A DNA stretch of 62,194 bases from assembly GCA_048213135.1 (NCBI GenBank), contig PS015044.1, forward strand, positions 1 to 62,194. The letters are read 5' to 3'. Within the stretch, counting starts at the first letter, position 1, and each line of letters begins with the position of its first letter. Source of the DNA: Reclinomonas americana ATCC 50394. Lineage: Eukaryota. The notes under the pieces are model-generated. The model saw only the letters and a program-made list of their open reading frames with translations. It did not search any database and was not told the origin of the DNA. Position numbers and translations under genes: made by a program. Shown here piece after piece: positions 18,119 through 29,700 of this stretch.

Positions 18119-18181
18119 GGCACATCGAATTCGGGAAAAGGTCATTAGCCAGGCAAACGAAGCAAAGCGGGTCCGAATCCG
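18119..18181. repeat. Short dispersed repeat, copy 2
   Basis: Matches 11583-11645. Confidence 0.8.
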
Positions 18182-18764
18182 AATACCAGTTGCTTTCCGG
18201 ATTTCCACGTTTAGACTTTCTCTGGAGCCCGGGCTGTTTCCGAGATTAGATGGCTCAGTTCCTGGTACTCACGATGGTGCTCATTTGCATAAAGTAGCCT
18301 TGCCGACTGTTGTTGCTGCTCTCATCGAACGCGTACGCTCGATCGCGACGTCTGAATGCAGAAACGCCAGCATTAGNNNNNNNNNNNNNNNNNNNNNNNN
18401 NNNNNNNNNNNNNNNNNNNNNNNNNNNNNNNNNNNNNNNNNNNNNNNNNNNNNNNNNNNNNNNNNNNNNNNNNNNNNNNNNNNNNNNNNNNNNNNNNNNN
18501 NNNNNNNNNNNNNNNNNNNNNNNNNNNNNNNNNNNNNNNNNNNNNNNNNNNNNNNNNNNNNNNNNNNNNNNNNNNNNNNNNNNNNNNNNNNNNNNNNNNN
18601 NNNNNNNNNNNNNNNNNNNNNNNNNNNNNNNNNNNNNNNNNNNNNNNNNNNNNNNNNNNNNNNNNNNNNNNNNNNNNNNNNNNNNNNNNNNNNNNNCTCT
18701 CTCTCTCTCTCACTCTCTCTCCTTTCCCCTTTCCCTCTCTCTCTCTCTCTCTCTCGCACTCAAC

Positions 18765-18958
18765 AGTGAAAAGGCGACCAGCATGTATCTGGAGATGAAC
18801 CAGAGATCGTCGAGCAGTCCCTCGAAAAAGCCCAACTCTGCCTCGACAACATCCTCACTTGATGCTGATGCTGATGCTGCAGCAGTGGAGAAGAGGAGCA
18901 AGGGGAGGACGAGGAGGAGGACTGTGAGAAGAGCAGCAAGACGATGCAGTCGGTGCAT
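18765..18958 (-). CDS. Probable first exon of the DHHC gene, on an inverted gap-bounded contig
   Basis: MHRLHRLAALLTVLLLVLPLLLFSTAAA...YMLVAFS ends CT|GTTGAG (phase 2). Joined to the phase-2 + strand exon at 19666 it gives a continuous TM helix, YMLVAFSLVGFVAGVLWVFYWV. Confidence 0.65.
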
Positions 18959-19466
18959 GCTTGCAGGTGGGAGATGAAAAGCGCGGCTCTTGGTGGGACA
19001 AATGCGATTTCCGAACAATCGATGGGAGACAACACGTTTTGCGAGACCAGCCATTGGAGAAAGGCTGTGTCATTGGCACAGCGGTGAAGGCGAATTTTAA
19101 TTACAAAAGTGCATCGAACGCAGAGTGGTGGAAGAGGAAACTGAATTCGAAAGCAGCAACAACAACAACAACAACAACAACAACAACTTTACTAATCCAA
19201 ACAGCAGCAGCTGCATGATGATCACCATCTTGAGTGAGCACCNNNNNNNNNNNNNNNNNNNNGACGAGAGAGAGAGAGAGAGAGGAAGGGGGAAAAGGGA
19301 AGAGAGAGTGCGTGAGAGAGAGAGAGTGAAAGTGCGTGCGTGAGAGAGAGAGAGTGAAAGTGCGTGTGTGAGAGAAAGAGAGTGTGAGAGAGTGTGTGAG
19401 TGTGAGGGAGAGTGAGTGAGTGCAGTGAATGAGTGCGAGCGTGTGTGTTTCTGCCTCTCTCTCTCT

Positions 19467-19498
<32 letters not shown>

Positions 19499-19592
19499 AG
19501 TGTGTGAGTGAGTGTGTGTGTGTTTCTGCCTCAGTCACTCTCAGTCTCTCTTCTTCTTCTTCTTTCTTCTCTCTCTCTCTCTCTCTCTCTCC

Positions 19593-19629
<37 letters not shown>

Positions 19630-19665
19630 GAGCAGTTTGTAACTCACTCATGATTGTGCGCACAG

Positions 19666-22600
19666 TGTTGGCTTTGTGGCTGGTGTTTTGTGGGTGTTTT
19701 ACTGGGTCAACGAGAACCTCGTCGACTATCTCAATGAGGTTTGTGCTCACACTGATGTTGCATTCAGTCATTGCATTCATGCATGCAATCAACACTGCAC
19801 TCACTCCCTCCCCACTCACTCTTCCACTCACTCGCTCACTCACTCCCTCCCCACTCACTCACTCACTCACTCCCCCACTCACTCCCCACTCACTCCCTCA
19901 CTCACTCCCCCACTCACTCCCTCACTCACTCCCCCACTCACTCACTCCCACTCACTCCCCACTCACTCACTCCCACTCACTCACTCTCTCTCCCACTCAC
20001 TCCACTCACTCCCCCACTCCCTCCCTCACTCACTCCCCACTCACTCCCCCACTCACTCACTCCCCTCCCTCACCCTCCTCTTCTCTCCACAGTACTCATG
20101 GCTGTGCAACTGCATCTCCCCCGACATGCTTCCGCGCTGGGGCATGATTGTCGGCTACTACTGCATGTCGGGCTTCTGGCTGATTGTGATCCTGGCCAAT
20201 CGCAATTACCTGGCGACGCTGTTGCCTCCCGACACGTATGAGTTGCGATTCGTGAACCAAGAACATGAGAGGGATAGAATGCAGGAGAGTAGAAGAGTCA
20301 ATCAGAAGACGGTCACTCATGCTAGCTCTTCGCCTGTGTCGCTGCTCGTCGCTTTTCGCTTACTTATTCTCATGTGAGTCGTTGCTCTCCTCGCTTGCGT
20401 CGCTGCTGCTCTCGTCGCTTGCGTGTCGCTGCTCTCGTCGCTTGCGTGTCGCTGCTCTCGTCGCTTGCGTGTCGCTGCTCTCCTCGCTTGCGTCGCTGCT
20501 GCTCTCCTCGCTTGCGTCGCTGCTGCTCTCCTCGCTTGCGTCGCTGCTGCTCTCGTCGCTTGCGTGTCGCTGCTCTCGTCGCTTGCGTGTCGCTGCTCTC
20601 ATCGCTTGCGTGTCGCTGCTCTCATCGCTTGCGTGTCGCTGCTCTCGTCGCTTGCGTGTCGCTGCTCTCGTCGCTTGCGTGTCGCTGCTCTCGTCGCTTG
20701 CGTGTCGCTGCTCTCCTCGCTTGCGTGTCGCTGCTGCTCTCGCCGCTTGCGTGTCGCTGCTCTCTCGTCTTCGCTCCTCACTTTGGCTCAACTTCATCGC
20801 TCCCTCTCTCCGCTCACCACCCTTCCTAACCCCCACAGCCTCTACTTGAACATCGTCTGGTTCCTCTACATCAGCATGGCCCTGCTGCAACTGCGCATCC
20901 GTCTCGGCGACCCAGGCTACGTCGAGCCCGTGGCCGTGCCCCCCGGCAAAACCCTCAAGCCAAGTTTCGTCACCTGTCCTCGCTCCCCTCTTTCCTACCA
21001 CATGCTCACCTCATCCACATCAGCCCCAGCACCCGCTCCAAAACCCGCGCCAGTCGCCCCCGCTGCCCCCACCGACGACACGGAGTTTGATGTGCGCCTC
21101 GGCAAGGTCGACGACAGCAAATTCGGCACGGTGGTGGAGCCAAAGAGTTGCGCCTTTTGTTTCATTCCTCACGACCGGCAGCAGCTCATCACCCTTGTGG
21201 CGCAGAGAAAAAGGTGCAACCCGAGGCAAAGAAGGACGGCGAGAAGACCGAGGAAGACGGCAAGTTCTGCATGCACTGCGCGAAGGCGTTTGGCCTGCCG
21301 CATCACTGCTTCCCGAAATACAAGGGCATCTCGCACTGCCGCACCTGCAAGCGCTGCTGCTACGACAAGGATCACCACTGCGTGTGGTTGGGTGAGTTTG
21401 TTGCATCCTCCCTTGTCTCTCAAAACGTGCACTCACTGCTGCTGCGTGCACAGGCACGTGCATTGCGCGCAAGAACTATTGGTATTTCTTCCTGTTTGTC
21501 GTCGGTCAAGTCGTGCACAGCGGCTGGGCCATTCGCATGATCTGGATCGAGCTGCGTGGAGTGTCGGATGTCGTGCGCTCTCTCGGCACGCCGTGGGACA
21601 GCGTCATGTCGTGGGAGTATGTCGAGTATCTGGGGTTGCGTGGTTTCTCATCGAGTGGTTCTGCTAGCGCGCATTTATTTCTCACATGACTGTGACGACA
21701 GTCGCGTGGCGTACGAGGGTCCCTTCTTGGTCATTGTCCTGCTCACGCTGGTGGCCGGATGGCTGTTTGTCGTCTTCATGACGGTGTTCCACGTGTTCCT
21801 CATTGTCACCAATCAGTCGACCAAGTCCATCAGCGACGAGCAGAAGAAGTACAATGAGTTTGTCAAGTTGCGAGTCGATAGGAGGAGTGTGAGAGAGAGG
21901 AAGAGCGAGAGGAAGAGCGAGAGGGAGGGAGAGGAGGAGGGAAAGGGAGAAAGGGAGAGCAAAAGGTGCCTCCGTTGCTCGTCACTCTGCTCTCGTCGCT
22001 GCGCTCTCGTCGCTCTGCTCTCGTCGCTCCGCTCCTGTCGCTCTGCTCCTGTCGCTCTGCTCCCACGTCGCTCTGCTCACGTCGCTCTGCTCCCTTCGCG
22101 TTGCTCGTCGCTCTCTGCTCTCTTCGCGTTGCTCGTCGCTCTCTGCTCTCTTCGCGTTGCTCGTCGCTCTCTGCTCTCTTCGCGTTGCTCGTCGCTCTCT
22201 GCTCTCTTCGCGTTGCTCGTCGCTCTCTGCTCTCTTCGCGTTGCTCGTCGCTCTCTGCTCTCTTCGCGTTGCTCGTCGCTCTGCTCTGGTCGCTCTGCTC
22301 TCGCCACTCTCCTCTCCTCCATTGCGCTTCTCTAACTCGCCCTCCATCGCCTCACAGGCGCCAACAAAAGAAGGACCGCGCAGCAGCACAACGCAATCGC
22401 CCCGCCGCCGGTGGCCCCCCACGCCTGGATGGCGACAAGGTCCTGAGGCCGGCCGGTCCCAATGCACCCGGCGTCGAGATCCGCGATGGACAGGTACGCG
22501 CATATGCACAAAACACACACAAGCTGCTGTAGTGAGATGCCTGACTTGTGATGTATATACCCGCACAGGTGACGACCAAGGGCTCACTGGCCGACGCACA

Positions 22601-22688
22601 ACGAATGACCCCGGCCGAGATTGCACAATTGCAGCAGACACTGGCGGGCCAGCAAACGCGTCAACGAACCAAGCTTCGTCGCGGATAA
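19666..22688 (+). CDS. DHHC-type protein S-acyltransferase (palmitoyltransferase)
   Basis: Spliced exons give the GDPGY motif, FCMHC...SHCRTCKRCCYDKDHHCVWLGTCIARKNYWYFFLF, flanking TM helices and TAA at 22686-22688. Confidence 0.9.
20400..20765 (+). repeat. Intronic minisatellite, about 23-nt unit TCGCTTGCGTGTCGCTGCTCTCG
   Basis: Tandem units inside the DHHC intron 20242-20838. Confidence 0.9.
21985..22305 (+). repeat. Intronic minisatellite, about 28-nt unit CGTTGCTCGTCGCTCTCTGCTCTCTTCG
   Basis: Tandem units inside the DHHC intron starting at 21867. Confidence 0.9.
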
Positions 22689-22820
22689 TACAACGAGAAC
22701 ATGCCTTTTCCACCTCCTTTCAATCGACAAGGCAGTCGTCTGCAACGATCAAAGCACTCACTCATACAGCACTCACAGCTCAGCTCTCTCTCTCTCTCTC
22801 NNNNNNNNNNNNNNNNNNNN

Positions 22821-23307
22821 TTCTGCCTCGGCCTCTGTACGCAACAAAAGGGAGGGAACGTGTTAGACTTGTGTAAGGGAAGAGGTGAGAGTAGAGGCGG
22901 GGGGCAGAGAGAGAGACGCAACGTCGAGGAGTAACCGCTCGCCACGACTCCTCCATCTGCTTGCGAATCGAGCGCATGCGCTTGACATTGACCACCATCC
23001 AGCGACCGGCATCGGCCTTGCGTCGCTCAAAGTACCCCGTTAACCGCTGCACAGAGAAAATCAAGAGTGAGGATATAGAAAGCCAAGGGTGGGTGTACTT
23101 CAAGAGTTGTGCCAAAACCGAATTGCTGTTTCATCAATCAATCAACCGCGTCGTCGCTGTCACAAGTGAGTCGCAGATTGGGGGCGTCTCTCTGTGAGAG
23201 AGAGTGTGTGTGTCTTACTGTACCTTGAGTTGCGCGGCGTGAAGGCGCAAGTACTCGTCGCATGATCGCTCTTGCGCGTGCGCAAAGTACTCTTCTGTGC
23301 GGTTCAT
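22821..23307 (-). CDS. Probable N-terminal exons of the 23734-30964 gene, on an inverted contig
   Basis: MNRTEEYFAHAQERSCDEYLRLHAAQLK|RLTGYFERRK...VTPR|QAEAE splices in phase, runs off the contig and continues naturally as EAAARRSPSP at 23734 (+). Confidence 0.55.
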
Positions 23308-23733
23308 GCCTCTCTAATAATATCGAACAACACCACTGTCGCAAAACAAAGAGCGTGTACGTGTGCGGTGTATGTGCACTCTCCACAACTCTCTACAAAT
23401 CTCGAGTGACCAAACAGAGGAGCACAGTGAGTGTCTCGACTCATTTCTTGAAAAGGAGTTGTGGTGGTTGGTTGGTTGGTTGGGTGGTGGAAAGTCGAGG
23501 ACAAGGAGGGAAAGGGGAAGGAAGGGAGGAAAAAGGAGGGAGGGGAAGGAAGGGGAAAGGAAAGGGGAGAGAAAGAAAGAAGAAAGGGGAGAGAGAGAGA
23601 GAAACAAGGNNNNNNNNNNNNNNNNNNNNNNNNNNNNNNNNNNNNNNNNNNNNNNNNNNNNNNNNNNNNNNNNNNNNNNNNNNNNNNNNNNNNNNNNNNN
23701 NNNNNNNNNNNNNNNNNNNNNNNNNNNNNNNNN

Positions 23734-26700
23734 GAGGCCGCGGCAAGACGATCGCCGTCGCCTGAGCGGACACCGCGGATGCGCATGCCGGATTTCTTGC
23801 AGCAGGCGCAGGCGTATGAGGCGCTGGCGTCGGTGGTGCGGACGGTGCACGATCCATTCCCGTTTATCGAGACCATGATGTTTGTCGAGCATGTCATGCA
23901 GCAGCCACACTGCTGTTGCGTTACCCCCACATTTTTTTGGTGTGTCTTGACTGCTTTCCTCACTCACTCTGGTCTGTGCAGACCTCAACGCGCAAAACGC
24001 CTTCTCGCACATCCGCATTGTGCGTCGCATGGTCAAGCGTCTGGAGCAGGGCCAAAAGTACAGCCAGGAGATTCGTCGCTGCTGTGCCGCGCACTTGTAC
24101 CTGTTGATGCGAGGTTTGTTTCCANNNNNNNNNNNNNNNNNNNNNNNNNNNNNNNNNNNNNNNNNNNNNNNNNNNNNNNNNNNNNNNNNNNNNNNNNNNN
24201 NNNNNNNNNNNNNNNNNNNNNNNNNNNNNNNNNNNNNNNNNNNNNNNNNNNNNNNNNNNNNNNNNNNNNNNNNNNNNNNNNNNNNNNNNNNNNNNNNNNN
24301 NNNNNNNNNNNNNNNNNNNNNNNNNNNNNNNNNNNNNNNNNNNNNNNNNNNNNNNNNNNNNNNNNNNNNNNNNNNNNNNNNNNNNNNNNNNNNNNNNNNN
24401 NNNNNNNNNNNNNNNNNNNNNNNNNNNNNNNNNNNNNNNNNNNNNNNNNNNNNCACGCAACTCGGCCTCGATAATGTTGGAGAGGAACAGCTGGCGCACA
24501 CACCAGTCCAGACCGCGACTGTCGCGGAACTTGGTCTGGCTGCGAGCGTGGGCGGCTGTGGCGGGAAAAGTGTGTAAGTACCGAGAGGGCGAAGAGGGAG
24601 GGAGAGAGAGAGAGAGAAAAGGATGAAGAGGGGAGCGAACAGCAAGGGATACGTGAGAGGAAGACAGACAACGATGATCAGGATCGCAGACAAGGGACAG
24701 CAGAGATTGAGAGAGAGTGGGAGCANNNNNNNNNNNNNNNNNNNNNNNNNNNNNNNNNNNNNNNNNNNNNNNNNNNNNNNNNNNNNNNNNNNNNNNNNNN
24801 NNNNNNNNNNNNNNNNNNNNNNNNNNNNNNNNNNNNNNNNNNNNNNNNNNNNNNNNNNNNNNNNNNNNNNNNNNNNNNNNNNNNNNNNNNNNNNNNNNNN
24901 NNNNNNNNNNNNNNNNNNNNNNNNNNNNNNNNNNNNNNNNNNNNNNNNNNNNNNNNNNNNNNNNNNNNNNNNNNNNNNNNNNNNNNNNNNNNNNNNNNNN
25001 NNNNNNNNNNNNNNNNNNNNNNNNNNNNNNNNNNNNNNNNNNNNNNNNNNNNNNNNNNNNNNNNNNNNNNNNNNNNNNNNNNNNNNNNNNNNNNNNNNNN
25101 NNNNNNNNNNNNNNNNNNNNNNNNNNNNNNNCCACACCCACTCTCTTCCTTCTCTCTCTCTCACTCCCACCCTTTATCACTCACCCTGTTGTATTTACCA
25201 GACTTCTCACGCTGTCGGAGCACGAGATTGAGCTGGTGTCGGCGGCGGCCGAGAGCGGTCAGGGTAATGACCGCACCCGCCTGCAGCAGGCCAAGAACAC
25301 GCGTCTCGCGCTGGCCGACAAGAGCAACTTCCACTCGTTGCATCACATTCGCCAGCTGCTCAGTCGACGCCGACTGGCGCAGAGTGCCGCCCAAGATGCC
25401 CGCTCGCTGCGTGGCCTGCGCCACGAGGAGCTGCGGCAGGTGGCCTCGGACATTGCGCTGCTCACCGAGCCGTCGCACAAGCCGCTGTGGGACACGGAGG
25501 TGGCGGCCCTGCTTCTGCGTGTGGCCATTGAAGGTTTCGTCAACTGCGCACCACTTGCAACGGCGGCGATGGCCAAGATTATACTTACCTTTCCTTTTTC
25601 GTCACAGACAATACCACCAACTGCGAGCTTGTGCGTCGCCAACAGGCCATCCCGGTGCTGGCGCGCCTCGCACAGCCGGTGAATGAAGGCCATCAACCGC
25701 TGGCCATCACCGCCATTCAGTGTCTGGCGATTTTGACGAAAGGTTTTTATTCTTATCTCTTCTCTCTCTCCCTCCCTCCCTCTCTGTATTGCTCACTCTG
25801 TTCCCCTCCCACTAGTCGACCTTCCAAGCATCGGCGAGGTTGACCTGGAGAGCGCCGAGCTCGTGCCGAGTCTCCTGCGCCAGTGGCACGGTCTGTACCG
25901 CGAGAAGATCGACGCCGAGAACCCGCCTGCGGCGTTCGACTCGGACGTGGCCGACATTTTGAACTGCCTGCGCGGCCTGGTCGCCGGCAACCTCAGCTCC
26001 GCGCAATTTATCAACGGCGGCGGTCTCCGCTTGTCGGCGGCCTACTTGGCCGACCTGCGCCGCTACTTGTTTGAGCACGGACCGGCCAAGGGCACTCCGC
26101 GCATCCGCTCGCTGACGGCCGGCACTGGGTTGCTCGAGTCGTTCCGCCAGCACAATGGTTTGTGCACTTCATTTCCCTCCCTCTCTGTCCCTCCCCATGC
26201 TGACCCCCGTCACCTCAGCATCGCGCATGGAGGACCTGCAGCGCCCGATTGAGGAGAGCGGCCTGTTTGAGACCCTCGACAGCGCCATTCGTGAGCCGAT
26301 TGCCAACGGCTACAACGACGGCAACTATCGCGACTACACGGAGGCGTGCGCTCTGCTGCGCTCGCAGTACTACCCCGGTCGCCACTCACCGCTCGCGCAC
26401 TCGCCCCGCGCCCAACAGCAGCAGCAGCAGCAGCAGCAAGCGACGCCGGGTCTGCCGCCTCGTGCCCCGACCACGGGCACCTCTGGATCGGCGGTGACAT
26501 CGATCAGCATGCCGGTGACTCCGGGTGGTGCTTCGCAGCTGCAGACACCTCCGTCGCCCTCGCAGCGCGCGTTGGCGACGCTGGACCCGGAGCAGGAGCG
26601 CTTGTTCCGCGAGGCGCAGCGGCTGCGCGATGAGGACGCTGCACGGCGCCGTGCCGTGGCCGCCGCCTCTGGCCTGCCGCGCCCGCCGTCAATGACGACC

Positions 26701-29700
26701 GAGTTGCGCAGTGTGGCGCCAACGCCAGTGGGTGTGTCGGTCGAGCCGCTGCTGTCACCCATCAAGGCCGACGGCGACATGTCGATTGATGCCGGTGACA
26801 TGCGCCGCATCGGCAGCGAGAGCGACTCTGGGTTCGACTCGGACACGGCTCGCCGCCACGTGCGCTTTGCCGAGCAGCAGCAGCAGTTGCCGAGTGGTGG
26901 CCGCCGCTGGACTTCGTCGTCGAGCCCGCGTGAGCACGACGCGTCGGTGGTGCCGGCGGTCTTGTCGTCATCATCACCGCCGCCGTCGTCGCCCTCGCCG
27001 ACCAAGAAGGGCAACAAGAAGTTGCTGAAGAAGAAGGTCGTCGGCAAGAAGAAGAAGACCACGAAGAAGAGCGGCAAGTCGTCGGGCAGCGAGTCGGCCG
27101 GCGACAGCTCGGTTGCCACCGATGGTGACGAGGCGGCGGCGGCGGCAGCCTCGCCGACGGGTGACTCCTCGGTGGATCAGTCGGGTGCCTCGGGCTCGGA
27201 GGAGCCCACTTCGCTGGCACTCAGCTCCATGCCGGGCTCCACGATTGTGAAGGCCTCCAGCCCCGACGGCACGAAGAAGAAANNNNNNNNNNNNNNNNNN
27301 NNNNNNNNNNNNNNNNNNNNNNNNNNNNNNNNNNNNNNNNNNNNNNNNNNNNNNNNNNNNNNNNNNNNNNNNNNNNNNNNNNNNNNNNNNNNNNNNNNNN
27401 NNNNNNNNNNNNNNNNNNNNNNNNNNNNNNNNNNNNNNNNNNNNNNNNNNNNNNNNNNNNNNNNNNNNNNNNNNNNNNNNNNNNNNNNNNNNNNNNNNNN
27501 NNNNNNNNNNNNNNNNNNNNNNNNNNNNNNNNNNNNNNNNNNNNNNNNNNNNNNNNNNNNNNNNNNNNNNNNNNNNNNNNNNNNNNNNNNNNNNNNNNNN
27601 NNNNNNNNNNNNNNNNNNNNNNNNNNNNNNNNNNNNNNNNNNNNNNNNNNNNNNNNNNNNNNNNNNNNNNNNNNNNNNNNNNNNNNNNNNNNNNNNNNNN
27701 NNNNNNNNNNNNNNNNNNNNNNNNNNNNNNNNNNNNNNNNNNNNNNNNNNNNNNNNNNNNNNNNNNNNNNNNNNNNNNNNNNNNNNNNNNNNNNNNNNNN
27801 NNNNNNNNNNNNNNNNNNNNNNNNNNNNNNNNNNNNNNNNNNNNNNNNNNNNNNNNNNNNNNNNNNNNNNNNNNNNNNNNNNNNNNNNNNNNNNNNNNNN
27901 NNNNNNNNNNNNNNNNNNNNNNNNNNNNNNNNNNNNNNNNNNNNNNNNNNNNNNNNNNNNNNNNNNNNNNNNNNNNNNNNNNNNNNNNCGCAAGAAGAAG
28001 ATTGTGCGGCTGAAGAAGCGCATCATTAGCGTGACGCCGGCGCCCAAGGTCGACGCTACCGCCTCGGCACTGTCGCCAGTCTCTGCCACTGGCACCACCG
28101 ACGAGGACGACGGTGAGGACGACGGCGAGGACGTGATTGTGGTCGGCGAGGAGAGCACGGAGTTGGTGAGCGGCGAGGACAGCACGGGCCAGTGGGCCGA
28201 CGACTCGATGGTGTCGGTGCGCTCGCAGAACGCCAGCGCCGACATGTCGTCGTCGACGGCGACGCCGCGCAAGAAGGTCTTGAAGAAGAAGAAGAAGGTG
28301 CTGAAGCGCAAGCGCAAGCTGGTGCGCCGGGTCACCAGCGAGATTGAGGAGGAGGAGCACGGCATGCAGGTGCCGTCAGACGTGGCCGACTCGGACGCCT
28401 CGCGCTCCATGGCCTCGCCGCCACCGCCTCCGCCACCACCTCCGCCACCAGTGCTCTCGGCGGCCTCTTCGGCCTCGTCGATGTCGTCGTCAATGCTGCC
28501 GGCCGTGCCAATGCCGAGCTCGGCCCGCAAGATTTCGCCGCCGTCGTCGCCGCCCAAGCCGCTGGCCTTTGGCGGTGACAGCGAGAACGAGAACGACGAT
28601 GATGACGACGACGATGATGACGATGCCGACGAGACCAACATTGATGCCACCTCGTCGGCGGCGGTGACCACCACCACCACCACCAACACCACTTCGTCGA
28701 CCACTGCTCCGCCCAAGAAGAAGAAGGCCAAGAAGATGAAGAAGGTGGTCAAGAAGAAGGCGCTGAAGGGCAAGAAGAAGGCGGCGAGGAAGCGTCTGTC
28801 GGACGGCGGCAGCGTCAGCGGCAGCGACACCACAGGCAGTGGATTCGACTCACCGTCGCTCTCCTCGCTGGCACTGTCCCCACCGCCCATCGCCTCTCCG
28901 GTGCCGATGCGCCCTTCGCCACTGCCGTCGCCATCGGCCAGTGGCGTCATGTTCACGCCGGCCGGTCTGCCGCGCCTGCCCAACACTCCGCCACCGGCGC
29001 TTCCGCCGCTGCCAGCCATGCCGCTGACGGCGCCTCGCATTCGGCCCACGGTGCCGTCGTTGCCGCTGTCGGCCGCCGACGGCATGGTGTCGGTGGAGGA
29101 GCGCCGTCGCCAGGCGCTGGCGCGCGCCAATCAGCGCAGTGGCGGTCGCCTGGCCGGCATTGGTGAGGACTTTGGTGTTGGTGCCGGTCCGACGGAGACA
29201 CGCGCCGGCGACGCCTCCCCATTCGAGGATGGCGTCACCATGTTGCAGGAGGGCGGAATGGACGTGTCGTTTGATGCCTCGTCGGATGATCCCAGCAAGG
29301 TTTGTCGACAACAGCACCCAGGGTTTATTCTGCGCCTTGTCACTTACATTCTTCTTTGTTATCCACAGTCACCTCCGCGCGTGCGTGTGCGCCGCAGTCT
29401 GGAGCGTGCCTTCACCGACGAGGAGCTGTCGACGATTCAGAGCAAGCCGGCCAAGAAGGTGCCGGTGCGCACCATTCCCGCGATTTTGCGCGAGGAGGAG
29501 GAACGGCAGTGGAGTGGTCCTCACTCGCCGCGCACCACCCTCATGCCGGTGCTGTCGCCGCGAGCGTCGTTCCAGCTGGTGTCACCGCGTGCGCATCCGC
29601 CGCGTGTGCCGCTGCTGCCGCTGCTCGGTCTGGCCTCGCTGAACCTGCCGGCGTCGCCGCGTGAGGCACTGCCGCCGACCCCGCCGTCGGCCTCGCCCGT

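Noticed and set aside
20400-22305. Regular 23-28-nt repeats as a CRISPR-like array
   Set aside because: There are no unique spacers and no cas genes; these are head-to-tail intronic minisatellites in a eukaryotic gene.
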